This document shows positions 10,041 through 22,737 of a DNA stretch of 64,000 nucleotides, piece by piece. Made by a program: the position numbers and the translations under genes. The stretch's first letter is position 1; every line of letters starts with the position of its first letter. The DNA lies in contig NC_045698.1 in assembly GCF_009834535.1 (NCBI RefSeq), positions 8,434,001-8,498,000 of the forward strand, read 5' to 3'. Origin of the DNA: Camelus ferus. Its lineage: Eukaryota. Below the pieces are notes generated by a model that saw only the letters and a program-made list of their open reading frames with translations, had not been told where the DNA came from and made no database searches.

Positions 10041-13000
10041 CAATTTGGTTTCACTAGCAAACCTGATCATGCTACCTGTTCCACGGGGCCTCTACTGGGC
10101 CCCTGCTAAAGGGTTCTCTAAGCAATCCTGGGTCTTGAGTAAACAAAGCATTCTTTTTCCATTTCCAACAGGACAAGTTAATGAAGGGAGAATACATACA
10201 ACAGAAAGTATAAAGGCTAATCTATGTGTATAAGCCAGCACTTTTCATTACTATACAGTAATCTTAATTATAGAGTCATTTATCACAAGGTAATTATTGC
10301 TGACCATTCCATGAGACACGTTACAATTTTATGCGTAATTCTTCAAAAAAAAAAAAAGTCGGCTTACACCCATCAGTAAGGCAGATCTTGCCAGCTACCT
10401 GCGAGTTTACTAATTACCTGTTAGGAAAACCTCCTGACCTGTCAGGAAGGGGTTAATTTTTCTCAGCAGCGTTCCCTGGCCAGCTCTCGGAGTAATTATC
10501 ACAAGGTAGCAGGAAACAGACAAGCCGTCTACAGGTGAACTGACTGGAACAGCTTGCTGTCCTTCTGTGCAGGTAAATACGCCACTCGTTCCTCCCCAGG
10601 CACCTGGGAGCAGCACGCTGGCCTGTCTGTACCTTCCTGCCACTAAGTCACAGCACACAGTCATGTAGCATCAGAATTCTCTCCCGTCTCGAGGGGGCAG
10701 GCACACAGAGGTGGCACTCTGCTTTCACGCATAGCAGTCTCACAGCCTCTTATTAGACAAGCAGATCTTTATACTAAAGTTATTCTCTGTGCCTGAAGCC
10801 CACGGCACTTCGACTGGGCTGGTAACGATATGTATTAGAAACCAACAGATGGAAACAGGATGACAGAGATGGGCCCAGGTGCTGAGGACCACTCTTGAGC
10901 CCTGACACACAATATTCCATCGATGATCCAAACACAATTTACTCAGCACCATTGGCACGTTATACCGGTGACATCTGGATACACTTATAAAATGTGAGCA
11001 TGTCTAGAAGGTCAAGGTGTTCAAAACCAAAGGATTCCATTGCACGTATACCAGAAGGACACCTCTTTGAGGAAATCCGGAGGAAAAGAATAAGGATGCT
11101 CCTTTCATGTCTTTCTTAACAATTCTCTTGCTATATTTACAATGGTCAACAAACAGCCCTATGTAAATCCAAATACACTGCACGACAAACAGAAGGTGAA
11201 CAGTAGGTGGAGACCCTCACGGCCCCAGCCCCAGCTCCCGGTGCACTGTGCGTGTTCAGCGATTAAGTGCAGGTAATACTAAGGGTCCTTAGTCTTAGAC
11301 GGAAATGCAGCAAATAATCAGACCAAAAAGCTAAATACGAAGGCACGTATTCTGCTGTTCAGAATGGGATTAAAAAACGACAATAACAAAAACAACTCTG
11401 CCACTTGAAATATCACAACATAAATGCCTATGAATGAGGAGGAAAAGAAAGGGAGTGGGAATTAGAATTTACAAACTAAACATGTGGAAAACATAATAAT
11501 TAAATAAAGATAATTATTCACTTTCTTAGAATAGAATATGTGGCCCCACAATGCAATTTAAATCCCATTTTCCACATCATTTTTTTGCCCATCAATCATG
11601 CATCAATTTATAATATCACCTGTATTGTCTTAAGGTTCAGTTTGCACTGCTAACTCACCACGTGCTTACGGCTCGCTCTCTAACTGGTTTCTAACATGTC
11701 TCACTCACCCTTCTGTGTATCTCACTTGGAAATCCACAGACACACAGTGGAGACTCCAGACATTCAATTATTCTTTTAAATGCAGTGCATTAACCAGAAT
11801 ATTAAGCTTCCATGTCTGAATGTAAACTCCAGTGAGGTGCTAAAAATTTTAGCAAAACAACTTTAAGCATTTGCAGCACTGCACAAGCGGTGTGTCAAAC
11901 AGCGGCAGAAAATGAACATGCTTCATTTGCTAACACTTCCTTTCTCCTAAGTCACATATTTAAACTTTGACTTCTAATCGATGATAAACTCATCAGCAGA
12001 ATACTCATAACCCAGTATAAAGACAGTGATTTTTTTTTCCAAAACCTGTATTTAGCTTTTTTCAATGGTTCATAGATGACCTAACTTTATGAGCCTGTAA
12101 TTATGGAAGACTGCCTTTCCATTTAAATGGTACTTTGCCAATAATTAGTATTCTTCATTTCTTTTCTACAGGACTGCTCTTTATAAAGTGCTCAAAGAGA
12201 AAAGGAATGCATATCTTCTTAAACTTCTAAGTGAAGGTGAATCTATTCTGGGACGTAGAATTATCGTGGCTAAAATGGTCCAAGGGGACAGATCACCCCA
12301 ATCAGCTGCAATGAGTTTCCAATCTTGCTCCTTTAAAACACCCCTTGAAATCACATAAAGAAAACTAGAAATCTCTGTTGAAACCCCACGGAGAAACAAC
12401 ATACAGAGCTCCAGGCAAGATGACGGCGTATTTCCATCATGATGACTGAGCGACAGACTCTAGGTCAAAAGCTCCAAGTCGCTGTATCCGGCCTGCGTCT
12501 CCACTTCCTCATGTGTAACATAAAGGGCTTGAGGGAAGTAAACCCTGAGCTCTCAGCAGTTCTAAAGCGTTTCGACAGTAAGAACACCAGGATTGCATGA
12601 TTTCGGGGAAGAGAGTGATACATTTTTGAAAGGTTTCTGCAGCTGTGCCACATCTGGAAAAAGACTGCCTGTGTTTGTTTGATGGTTTCACATCGACCTG
12701 CATTCAGCAGTGTCACAAGTGAGTCCCCAGGGATGACAGGCTTTTCGTGGCAGTTTTTTGTTTTTTTTTCCACAGAGAAGTTGTGATCTCAGAGTCTGTG
12801 CCTGATGCCAACAGAACTTTAATTCTTAGGAGTATGTTCCCTCCACGAAAGGTCTTCTCTAATTAGAAACATCGAGATGGCTTTCCAGACCACAGTTACG
12901 GCTGCTACACTGACAACTTTTTTATAGGTTGCCAGTTTTGATGTTGCTGCAGGAGGATGGAATGAAGATTGGAAGAGAACCCCCAGGAAAGAACCAAAAA

Positions 13001-14204
13001 CTTCTTATAGACTAAAAGGAAGGAAGGACGCATCAGGCTGATTATAAACATCCAGTAAAAGCACGACAAAGTGGGCTGTAAAAAGGCCTGAGGTTGTGGA
13101 CAGAGTATAACAGCGCTGTGGTGTTTTGTTATTGTGGAACTTTTTGTTACTGTGGTACTTTGTTACTGTAGTGCTCTTAGGTGATCCCCTGGGTGCTCCT
13201 TTAATGACTGTGTGCTTGGACAAACACGCTGGTAAGGCATCTCACTCATCTTTCTCAAGATCTATATGTGAATCATCTCCTTCTTTAACTGTTTTAAAGA
13301 CAAGATTTTCCCCATTTCTGAAACTCCTTGGAACATTTTCTATCGCCTATAGTCAAACAAGCAGGGACAAAGTGTGATCCACTCCATCCTTCCTCTTCCC
13401 TGTTAAATGTCGACCTACTGATCACCCTCTGAAACTATCATTAGACTGATGTTTTGCAGCTTAATAACTTCATCTTCTCAGTGATAAAACCTGATAAAAG
13501 TGCCATTTTGTGGGTCTAAAACAGTCTAGGATCAGCAATCCCATATGGTTCAGCATAAGTGGATTGTTACTAAATTTTAGAAAAGTAGATGATTACAAAA
13601 ACCAGATGACAGCATACAGGAGTATCTGTGCCACACTGACCACCGGGACGCTCTTCTTCACTAGACCTGGGGCCACACGTTCAAACGAGGGCAGCAGGTG
13701 AAGTGTTCGTGTGAAGCTGACGAGAATGAGAACTAAGGGAGGCATAAGGACCAAAGTGACTGAGGAAACTATGTTCTGGAAAATGAGTTCAATTTTTTAA
13801 AAAATGAAACGAAAATGGCAGCCATCGTAATAAACACATGGACAATTCACAGTCTCGCCTTTCATGACTTTCTCCCAACAAATCTGAGTTTTCTGGTTAT
13901 TTGAGTGCAAGATAATATTCAATTGTAGGTGAACAATCAGACTAGGATCATATGACCCACTGGTTACTGCAAGATAGATTCTCGGTGTTAGATGTAAGAA
14001 TTAATTTACGTAAAGCAATTTCTTTGAACCATGACTTACTTTATGAAACAAAATTATTTTCTTAAATTCAACCTTTTACTTCGTAATACAGAAACACTCA
14101 AGACAGCAAGTCTTTGCATGTAGACACAGAAAGGTTTTTCTAGGTTAAATTACATCAATAAACAATACAATAATCATTTTAATGATAAAACCAATCCTAC
14201 TGCT

Positions 14205-14360
14205 ACTCATGGCCATTTGATGAACACTTGCAATATTATTGACCTCTGTTCCAAGAAACTCTACAAACATTATCTCATGTAATTTCCATACATCAGATCT
14301 ACATGGGAGTTATTTTTCCTAAGTTTTAGAGATGAGACAATGAAGATCAGAGGCATTTAT
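14205..14360 (-). mobile_element. MIR SINE
   Basis: cattatctcatgtaatttcca...ttttagagatgagacaatgaagatcagagg core. Confidence 0.6.
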
Positions 14361-14438
14361 CCTTCAATCCTCACACTCTCTTAAAAGAAGTTCCCTTAAG
14401 ATTCATGTCTGTTATGTAAACAAGCATAATAAATTTTA

Positions 14439-14590
14439 CTTATTTATTTATTTATTTTTACTGAAGTACAGTCAGTTACAATGTGTCAATTCCTGGTGCA
14501 CATCAAAATGTCCCAGTCATATATATATATATATATATATGTATACACACACACACACACATATTGGTTTTCATACTCTTTTTCATTAAA
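14439..14590 (-). mobile_element. 5'-truncated lineage L1 3' end with internal (AT)n(AC)n
   Basis: ctgaagtacagtcagttacaatgtgtcaattcctggtg matches the end of the L1 at 19.8 kb. (TTTA)n tail. TSD taaatttta at 14430-38 and 14592-600. Confidence 0.85.
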
Positions 14591-14844
14591 GTAAATTTTA
14601 AAAACATCGTATGAAGCATTGCACTTTGGAAAATCCTTCTGCAGTACAAAAGATATAGTAATAAAGAGACTGTGGATAACTTTGCCAGGTACAGAGGAAG
14701 AACCACCAACAGAAGCCACCACACTGGGTATCACCAACAGCCTCCATCCATAGCCTGTCATCTTTCTTTTCCAGGCAGAGGTAGGGAAGCACCCTTTGGA
14801 GTAAGCTTAGTTGGGGGGGGTGTAGGGGGTGGATATGTTATTAA

Positions 14845-15050
14845 ATTACATAATAATAATGATGATGATAACACTACTACTAATGAATAAAGTATATTTA
14901 TTTATTTATAAACTACAAAAACTATAAGTTATAAACTATATAAATTATATACAGTTATATAGGAAGTAACAGATATAATATTCAATGTTGTATAATAATA
15001 TATTACCTATAATCATTATATAAACTATAGTAATATACTTTTTAATATAA
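14845..15050. repeat. AT-rich low-complexity region
   Basis: Recurrent ataaacta/tata motifs; almost all A/T. Confidence 0.7.
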
Positions 15051-15149
15051 AGAAAAGTAGAAAATTTGGTCAAGAAGGTAAGAAAATGGAACCTTCATCT
15101 TCCATCCCTTCCAGGAATATGTCACCCAAGACTCTCTCTCATAGGCTCT

Positions 15150-15450
15150 CTGTATCTCCTTTCACTACAATTCAGTCTATTTTGCCCTCAAAACATCTTC
15201 TGAATTCACCCTCTGTCTCCACGTCCACTGCCATTCACCTGCTTACAGTCTTCGTCCATTTTTTGTCTGGGCTACTCTGATAACCTCCTAAACACTGATT
15301 CCTTCCATTTATTCCTAGCTTAGCTGGAGTGATCGTCCTGAAACACAAGTCTGATCACATCATCCCCCGCTGAGCCTCCTTCAGTAACGGTCACCTGTGA
15401 AAAACGAACTGCATCATGGAGCCAACACAGGGCCTTTACCATGGCCTCCT
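15150..15450 (+). mobile_element. L2 fragment
   Basis: ctctgtctccacgtccactgcc...ctctgataacctcctaa...ctgaaacacaagtctgatcacatcatccccc. Confidence 0.65.
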
Positions 15451-15952
15451 GCCAGCTTCACCGTCTCAATTCCTGGCGCTCCCCACCCACAGCCATCCCA
15501 CCAGTGCCCCCAGTACACAGGGCTCTCTTTCCTGTCTAGACCCTGGGGTCCAGATTCAGCATGTGGGCTCCACCAACATTCAAAACCTACTTCTGCTGCT
15601 CGCTGGTGAGGCCTGGGGCAGCTGCCTTCCTCTCGAAGCTGTGGTTTCTACTGTAACACGGAGGAGCTAACTGGACCTAACTCTGAGCTTAGCTTTAAGG
15701 ATCAAAGGAGACAATGCATGTAAAGCTTTCCACGCAGTGCTTGGCTCATGCACTGGTAATACTTACAGGGCCCGATTCTGAGAGCTGAGAACGCATTAAC
15801 TTCACAGAACAAGGCAGGGGAGACCCTGGCCTCACAGAACACGTATTCCAGTGGAGACAGACAATTTAAAAAACTGAAGGATATTTTCTGCAGCATGCTG
15901 GAAGGAAAACCTCTTATGAAGAAAACTAAAGCGGATGAGAAGTGTCATTTTA

Positions 15953-16116
15953 TTTTTTTTAACTTCTTAATATTTTATTTATGTATTATTGTATTATTTA
16001 ATTATTTTATTGGGGGGCTTAAGGTTTATTTATTTTTAGAGGAAGTACTGAGGACTGAACCCAGGACCTCTTGCATGCTAAGCACGCGCTCTACCATTTG
16101 AGCTACACCCTCCCCC
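15953..16116 (-). mobile_element. Camelid tRNA-Ala-derived SINE (Vic-1 type)
   Basis: Reverse complement reads GGGGGAGGGTGTAGCTCAAATGGTAGAGCGCGTGCTTAGCATGCAAGAGGTCCTGGGTTCAGTCC, then an A-rich tail. Perfect 13-bp TSD aagtgtcatttta at 15940-52 and 16120-32. Confidence 0.93.
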
Positions 16117-17429
16117 AACAAGTGTCATTTTAAGCAGGGCAGGCAGGGGCGACCTTATCCAGAAAGTGGCATCTGATCACAGTTGTGAAGGGGGTGAGGA
16201 GGTGGGCCATGTGGACATCTGGGGAAGAACACCCAGGCAGAGGAAAGCGCAGGGCAAAGCCCCTGCGGCCGGAATGTGCCGGCGAGTTTGGGGATGGCTG
16301 GAGACCAGAAAAGCTTCAGCCAAATGGGCCTGGGTGACTGAGAGGAAAATCAGAAAAGTCCCGGTGAAGCAGACGGCGCTGTGGTTTGGGGCCATTTTAA
16401 GGATGTGGGTTTTGACCCAACTGCTGGTTATTACCACTTACTCATCTTTGGGGGAAATTTTGCCCAGATCTTCCAGGCTGGGTCAGAAGCCCTTCGTCTC
16501 TGCCACCAGAGGCAACTTCACCGTGGGGGACATTTAAACAGCAGCCCTCCCAAATCCCCAACTAAACAAGGCTCAGCTACTCATCTCAAGGCCCCCAGGG
16601 ATTTTCGGGGTGCTCAGCTTGCAAGGACGGTTCAATAAAGAAAGAATGAACACACGTTGAAGAAACAAATGAAAAGTAAGCAACACATTTTCAGGAGGTC
16701 AACAAAAGTGTCCCTGCCACAGTGAGCTGAGTGAACTACAGAACATTCCGAAAATAGTGATGGAGAACAGGCATGTATCTTCCACTGATACCACGTTTAA
16801 ATTTGTAGCAATTTCCGCAATGAGGTTCAGAGACACTAGACTACTTTGTTAAAATTATTCTGTTTTATAATTTTCAAAATTCTTGCACATGTTCTCTAAA
16901 TCTGTCTCAAAAATAACCCTGTGCTTTTCAGATTTAGGTATCTCCATTTTTCAAAAAATGAATTTGAGGCCGGAAATAACAAGGGAATAGAGGCAGACTC
17001 AGTGCTCAAACTCAGGAACCCGCGTCCTGTGAGAAGGGCCCTGATGCTTGTATTGAATAGCGCTTGTAGGAGAGCATCCTTATCAGAGCAGCTGCAGCAG
17101 AGGGAGCAGAAAAACCGTAACAACAGTCTGAGACAATGAAGCAAGACTTGGCCGCGAGGGGCCAAATGTGAGCAGGAAGTAATTCCCTTCTGCACTCACT
17201 CATCATAGATGCAGTCACTCTTTCTGTGAATGAGACGGCGGAGACCACAAAATCAGAGGTGCTACTGAGAGCTGTCAAGGTGACTTGACCCAACAGTATT
17301 TACACCAGTTACTACCGATGGTGTCTACTGCTGCTCTATTATAATGCATTTTTGTCAGATTAAAACTTACGTAGCAGCACCATGAGAAACATACAATGGA
17401 GAGCAACCGTAGCACCAATCAAAGACCAG

Positions 17430-17620
17430 TAAGCACTGTGCTTGGACTCAGGAGAGACTCTGCATTTACCACCTATGAGATTTGTGACATGCCTATTTAT
17501 TTTAATTCTGGGACTCCGTTTTTTCATCTGTAAAGTGGGGGTGATAATATCTACTTAAAGGTTTGTTACAGGACAAGTAATACGGTGAAATATTAAAAAG
17601 GTTACATGTTCTATGAAGGT
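17430..17620 (+). mobile_element. MIR SINE
   Basis: ctccgttttttcatctgtaaagtgggggtgataatatctac core. Confidence 0.7.
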
Positions 17621-18021
17621 AAGTGATAATAAAAATCTCTCTCTCCATGTATATTTATGGATTGATTGTGTTGCCTTAAAATTACATGACATTTTACTAA
17701 GAATTTATTGTTTATAATTATAAAATATATATGAAAGAAATTTTCTACTATGAAGGTAACTAGCACAATCTAAAACCAGCATCACACTCCACTCCCATTC
17801 ATATCTTTTGAGTAGATAAATCAATTTGTGAATGCCCTTGTAGAAAATAGAGACACACTTTTTTCACATATAATGTGCCACATTTTCATGAAGTTAATAA
17901 TCACTGAATTGCAGAAATTGTCTAATAGGAGGGTAATTCAGCAATACGACTTCAGTATTTTATAATGGTAATATTGTGACATTTGACAAGGAATACTTAC
18001 AAAAGTTTGTGATCATAAAGA

Positions 18022-19813
18022 CTTATAAGCAGAGACCTATAAAACACTGATTAAAGGAAATGAAAGATGATTTAAAGAAATGAAAAGATGTCCCATGCTC
18101 TGGACTGGAAGAATTAATATTGTTAAAATGGCCATACTACCCAAAGCAATCTACAGACTTAATGCGATCCATACCCAGGACATTTTTCACAGAACTATAA
18201 CAAATAACCCTAAAATTTATATGGAATCACAAAAGAACCAGAATTGCCAAAGCAATACTGAAGAAAAAGAACAAAGCAGGAAGAATAACTCTCTCAGACT
18301 TCAGACAATGCTACAGAGCTACAGTCATCAAAACAGCATGATATGGCATAAAACCAGACATATGGATCAATGGAACAGAATAGACTGCCCAGAAATGAAC
18401 CCACAGATTTATAGTCAATTAATCTTTGACAAAGGAGTCAAGATTATACAATGGAGAAAAGTCAGTCTCTTCAGCAAGTGGTGTTGGGAAAGTTAGACAG
18501 CCGCATGTAAATCAATGAAGCTGGAACACTCCCTCACACCTTACACAAAAATAAACTCAAAATGGCTTAAAGACTTAAACCTCCTAGAAGAAAACACAGG
18601 CAAAACATTCTCTGACATGAATCTTAGCAATGTTCTCCTAGGGCAGTCTACCCAGGCAATAGAAATAGAAGCAAAAATAAACAAATGGGACCTAATTAAA
18701 CTTAGAAGCTTTTGCACAGCAAACTATAAGCAAAACAAAAAGACAACCTACAGAAAGGCAGAAAATATTTGCACATGCGACTGACAAGGGCTTAATTTCC
18801 AGAATACACAAACAACCCATACAACTCAATAAAAAAAAAAAAACCCAATCCTAAAATGGACAGAAGACCTAAACAAGCAATTTTCCAGTGAAGACATACA
18901 AATGGCCAATAGGCACATGACAAAAATGCTTAATATCGCTAACTATCAGAGAAATGCAAATCAAAACTACAAGGTATCACTTCACACCAGTCAGAATGAC
19001 CATCATTAAAAAATACCCAAATGATAAATGCTGGAGAGGGTGTGGAAAAAAGGGCAATCTCCTATACTGTTGGTGGGAATGTAGTTTGGTGCAGCCAATA
19101 TGAAAAACAGTATGAGATTCCTTTAAAAACTAAAAACAGAGTAGCCATATGATACAGCAATCCCACTCCTGGGCATATAACAGGAGGAAACTCGAATTTG
19201 AAAAGATACCTGCACCCCAATGTTCAAAGCAGCACTATTTACGATAGCCAAGACATGGAAGTAACCTAAATGTCCACTGACAGATGATTGGATAAAAAAA
19301 GTTGTGGTGTATTTATACAATGGAATACTATTCAGCTATAAAAAGAATGAAATGTCATTTGCAGTAACATGGATACATCTGGTCATACTAAGTGAAGTAA
19401 GACAGAAAGAGAAAGAAAAATACCATATGACAATCACTTATATGGAGAATCTAAAAAATGAGACAAATGGACTTATTTACAAAACAGAAACAGACTCGTA
19501 GACATAGAAAACAAAATCGTGGTTGCCAGAGGAGAAAGGAGGGGGGTGGTGGAAAGATAAATTGGGAGTTTGGGATCTGCGGATACTATTATATATAAAA
19601 CAGATCAACAGCAAGGTCCTACAGTATAACACAGGAGCTATATTCAATACCTTGTAAAAGCCTATAATGAAAAAGAATATAAAAAAGAAATATATTTATA
19701 TATACATATATATGTGTGTGTACATATATATAAAACTGAATCACTATGCTGTACACCAGAAATTGACACAACATTGTAAACTGAGTATACTTCAATTTAA
19801 AAAAAAATAGAAT
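18022..19813 (+). mobile_element. 5'-truncated lineage-specific L1 (ORF2 C-terminal part and 3' UTR), inactivated
   Basis: ORF2 peptides [57 protein letters not shown] and zinc-knuckle CWRGCGKKGNLLYCWWEC. Frameshifts and stops. A-tail at 19799. About 21-bp TSD with 2 mismatches at 18001-21 and 19814-34. Confidence 0.97.
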
Positions 19814-22117
19814 AAACGTTTCTGATCATAAAGAATTAAGGAATGAGTTACATCAAAATACTTGAAAAGCTAAAGTAAGGAAATTAATTTCCTCCAACTT
19901 AATAGAAGGATCTATCATCTCTTTTCAATAGCGTACACTGTAATACAGTAGAAGTCATTTTGTCACGGCAGTACTATGATCCCTAGCCAGAAGGACAGCA
20001 AAGGTAAAGTACGAATGAATCACCATTCTTCTCTCTTCCTGCACAAAACTGTGAAGAATATTTAGCACTATTCAACCATCAGGGAGAAATCTATCTTGTT
20101 CTTTTAAATATAAAATGTGTAAGTTTTAAAAGATAATCATTCCAAGTTTGGCAATTTTCAAATCGCCAGGATTGTAAAATGACTTAAGTCAAAGAAAACT
20201 GCTCTTGGATGGGGAAATAAAATCAGCGCCAGGAGTGAGCTAGAAGAGAGTGGAACCCAGTGAATCAGCTCACAGGCACATCACTTCACAACTGTGGAAC
20301 TGATGACAAATTCTTACTCCACAACACAGCAGCTTGAATGTACAACTAAACATCAAAAAAAAAAAAATCTGTCAAACAATGTTACAAACGAATAAGGAAG
20401 TGTATTTATTGAAAGCCATATGGTCCTCAAACGCTGCTTCATTTTTACAATAACAACCAAGAACTGAAGCAAAATGAAAAAGTGCAAAGACTCCACAGAA
20501 CTTCTAACTCAAGGCAAGGAGGTGGGGGGGGGGCCGGAAGCTATGGCTTAAGAAATCTGTGTTTTCAACAATACGCTCTCTTTCCTAAACAATACGCTTG
20601 ACTGTTTACAATCACCATACAAAACCCTGCTGTACACACTATAAGTTAAATGAAATTAACAATTCCACGTAGAAGAATAAATCGTAGCACGCTAACCAAC
20701 CTGAAGACACACTGAAAAGGAAAGGTACACCTTTGGTTAATATAATGATTCTAACCATGTCAACAGCCTCATTGTTTTGATTTAAAAAAAAAAAAAAGAT
20801 CCATCAGACAAGGAGTCTCCACAAGGTAGAGACAAAGGAATGTGACTGAAGTAAATATCTTGACAGAAATGATATGTTTGGTTAATAGGTCACAGAATGT
20901 GGTATTTAGGGCGAGTTTTGAAAATTATACTTTCCCCAAACACATGAGCACTCAACAGATGCATCAATGTTTTGAAAAATGACTGAAAGACAAAATTCAG
21001 AAACAATTTTTACTGTTTCTAAACGAAAATTTAATTACACAATAAAGAAAATTAAGAAATATTGTGGTTCCCAATTATTCAACTGTATCTTTTAAATGTG
21101 CTCAATGCCTTTTTCCATGCAAAATGCTAACATTTTCTTTTAAAGTCTATAGTTGAAGCTGTAGTTACAAAAGTTCACTCTACACAGTATCTCAAAAACA
21201 TCATAAATGTATTTTTGAATGATTATGCTATAATTAAGACACGGTGTTTTAGCAGATGAATATTTAATAATTTTGAAACATGACTATAATATATTTTTTT
21301 GTTTTAATCTTGGTTACGATTGAGTATATAATTACTGGGGAGATTTTAATTTTCTCCCTTTTACTCTGCCTTTTTCCTAAACTCTCCAGCCAAAAAAAAA
21401 AAGGAAAGAAAAGAACTATTTTTAAAATAAGGGTGTATGATTTCTAAGCCATCTTAAAAATATAAAACTTGACCTGGAAAAATATTGAAAAAGAATAAGG
21501 TGTTAAAATGAAATTAGCCAGAGGCACAGTGAGACAGATTCAGTTTTGTTGAACTCTCGTGGTCTAGACTTTGTCTTATCGGGTAGCAACGAACAAATGC
21601 TGGTGAGAGGACATAAGGCCTGAGGAGGGTCCTGAGGATGGAGAGTGAGAGAGAAAGGACGATGATGCTGAGATGATAAATACAGTATGAAATTTACAAA
21701 ACTAGGCAGGCATTGATAAAAGATCTTTGGGAGTTTAACGGTGAGATGTTTGATAAAATCTCTTCTTCTTATGGCCCGAAAGCTATAGAAAAAAAATCTC
21801 CATCCCTCTTCAAAGCTTAATCCTAAAAAGCACCTGGGCTGTCCATCTTCATATATTGCTACACGTAAACTCAGCCGAACCAAGGACATGTAAAAGAGGT
21901 AACTCCAGTTTCTAAAGAAGAACAAGATGAAAAGGATCTACACCAAAGACAAAACAAATTTAGTACCATGAAGTCATACTCACTTAAATTACTGAATCTG
22001 AAGATATGCTATTCTGTAGCATTTAACATATGAAACTTAAATATTCAGAAGTCATGTGGATTTTCTATGACTATATTCTTAGTATGTTGTTTTAGGTCAT
22101 TTAAAAACAAATAGGGA

Positions 22118-22335
22118 GGGGAGGGTATAGCTCAAGTGGTAGAGTGCATGCTTAATATGCACAGAGTCCTGGGTTCAATCCCCAGGACCTCCTCCAAAAA
22201 TAAACAAACAAACAAATACAAAAACCTAATTACCCTCACCAAACAACAACAAAAAACCTAAATAAGTTAATAAACAAAAGGTCACCTAGAAAGTGTAAAG
22301 AAAAAGAAATAGTTTTAAAAATAGTAAAATAAATA
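22118..22335 (+). mobile_element. Camelid tRNA-Ala-derived SINE (Vic-1 type) with long A-rich tail
   Basis: ggggagggtatagctcaagtggtagagtgcatgctt...gtcctgggttcaatccccaggacctcc, then aaacctaattacc and an A-rich tail. Confidence 0.92.
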
Positions 22336-22342
22336 AGTAAAT

Positions 22343-22560
22343 GGTGGCACAGTATTTAAGAGCACAGATTTCAGATCAAGTCAACTTGGGATTGAAACTC
22401 AGCTTTGGAAGGCACTCCTTTTTACCTTAGGCAGCTTACTTATTTGAATTGCACCTTCCTTTCTTTAAGATGAGGTAAAAAATACCTGCATCATAGAATT
22501 GTTGAAGGGATGATATGACACACATGACGTGCTTGACACAGACCCTAAGAAATCGATCCG
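22343..22560 (+). mobile_element. MIR SINE
   Basis: gcacagtatttaagagcacagatttcagatcaag...accttaggcagcttactt...aatacctgcatcatagaattgttgaaggg. Confidence 0.7.
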
Positions 22561-22584
22561 TCTTAACTGTGATGGAAGGATAAT

Positions 22585-22670
22585 GGGGGCAGGAGCATCT
22601 GGCTTTTGATCTCTGCTGTTCACCCAGCGCACAGACGTGCTCAATAACTATCTGTTGAACGACTAAATAA
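22585..22670 (+). mobile_element. L2 3' end
   Basis: gtgctcaataactatctgttgaacgactaaat terminal motif. Confidence 0.6.
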
Positions 22671-22737
22671 CTATTGTTATTATCAGTAATTATCTTAAGG
22701 ATATTCCCTAAACTTAGGTACCAGCCTAAGCATAATA

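Noticed and set aside
16039..16116. Functional tRNA-Ala(AGC) gene (also at 22118 and 34278)
   Set aside because: SINE-specific 5' GGGGAGGG, A-rich tail and TSDs on two of the copies show these are retroposed SINEs
18080..19501. Host protein-coding gene or active L1
   Set aside because: 5'-truncated L1 ORF2 with frameshifts and stops
21503..21925. 140-aa minus-strand ORF
   Set aside because: Non-ATG start, no recognisable homology and no clear exon boundaries
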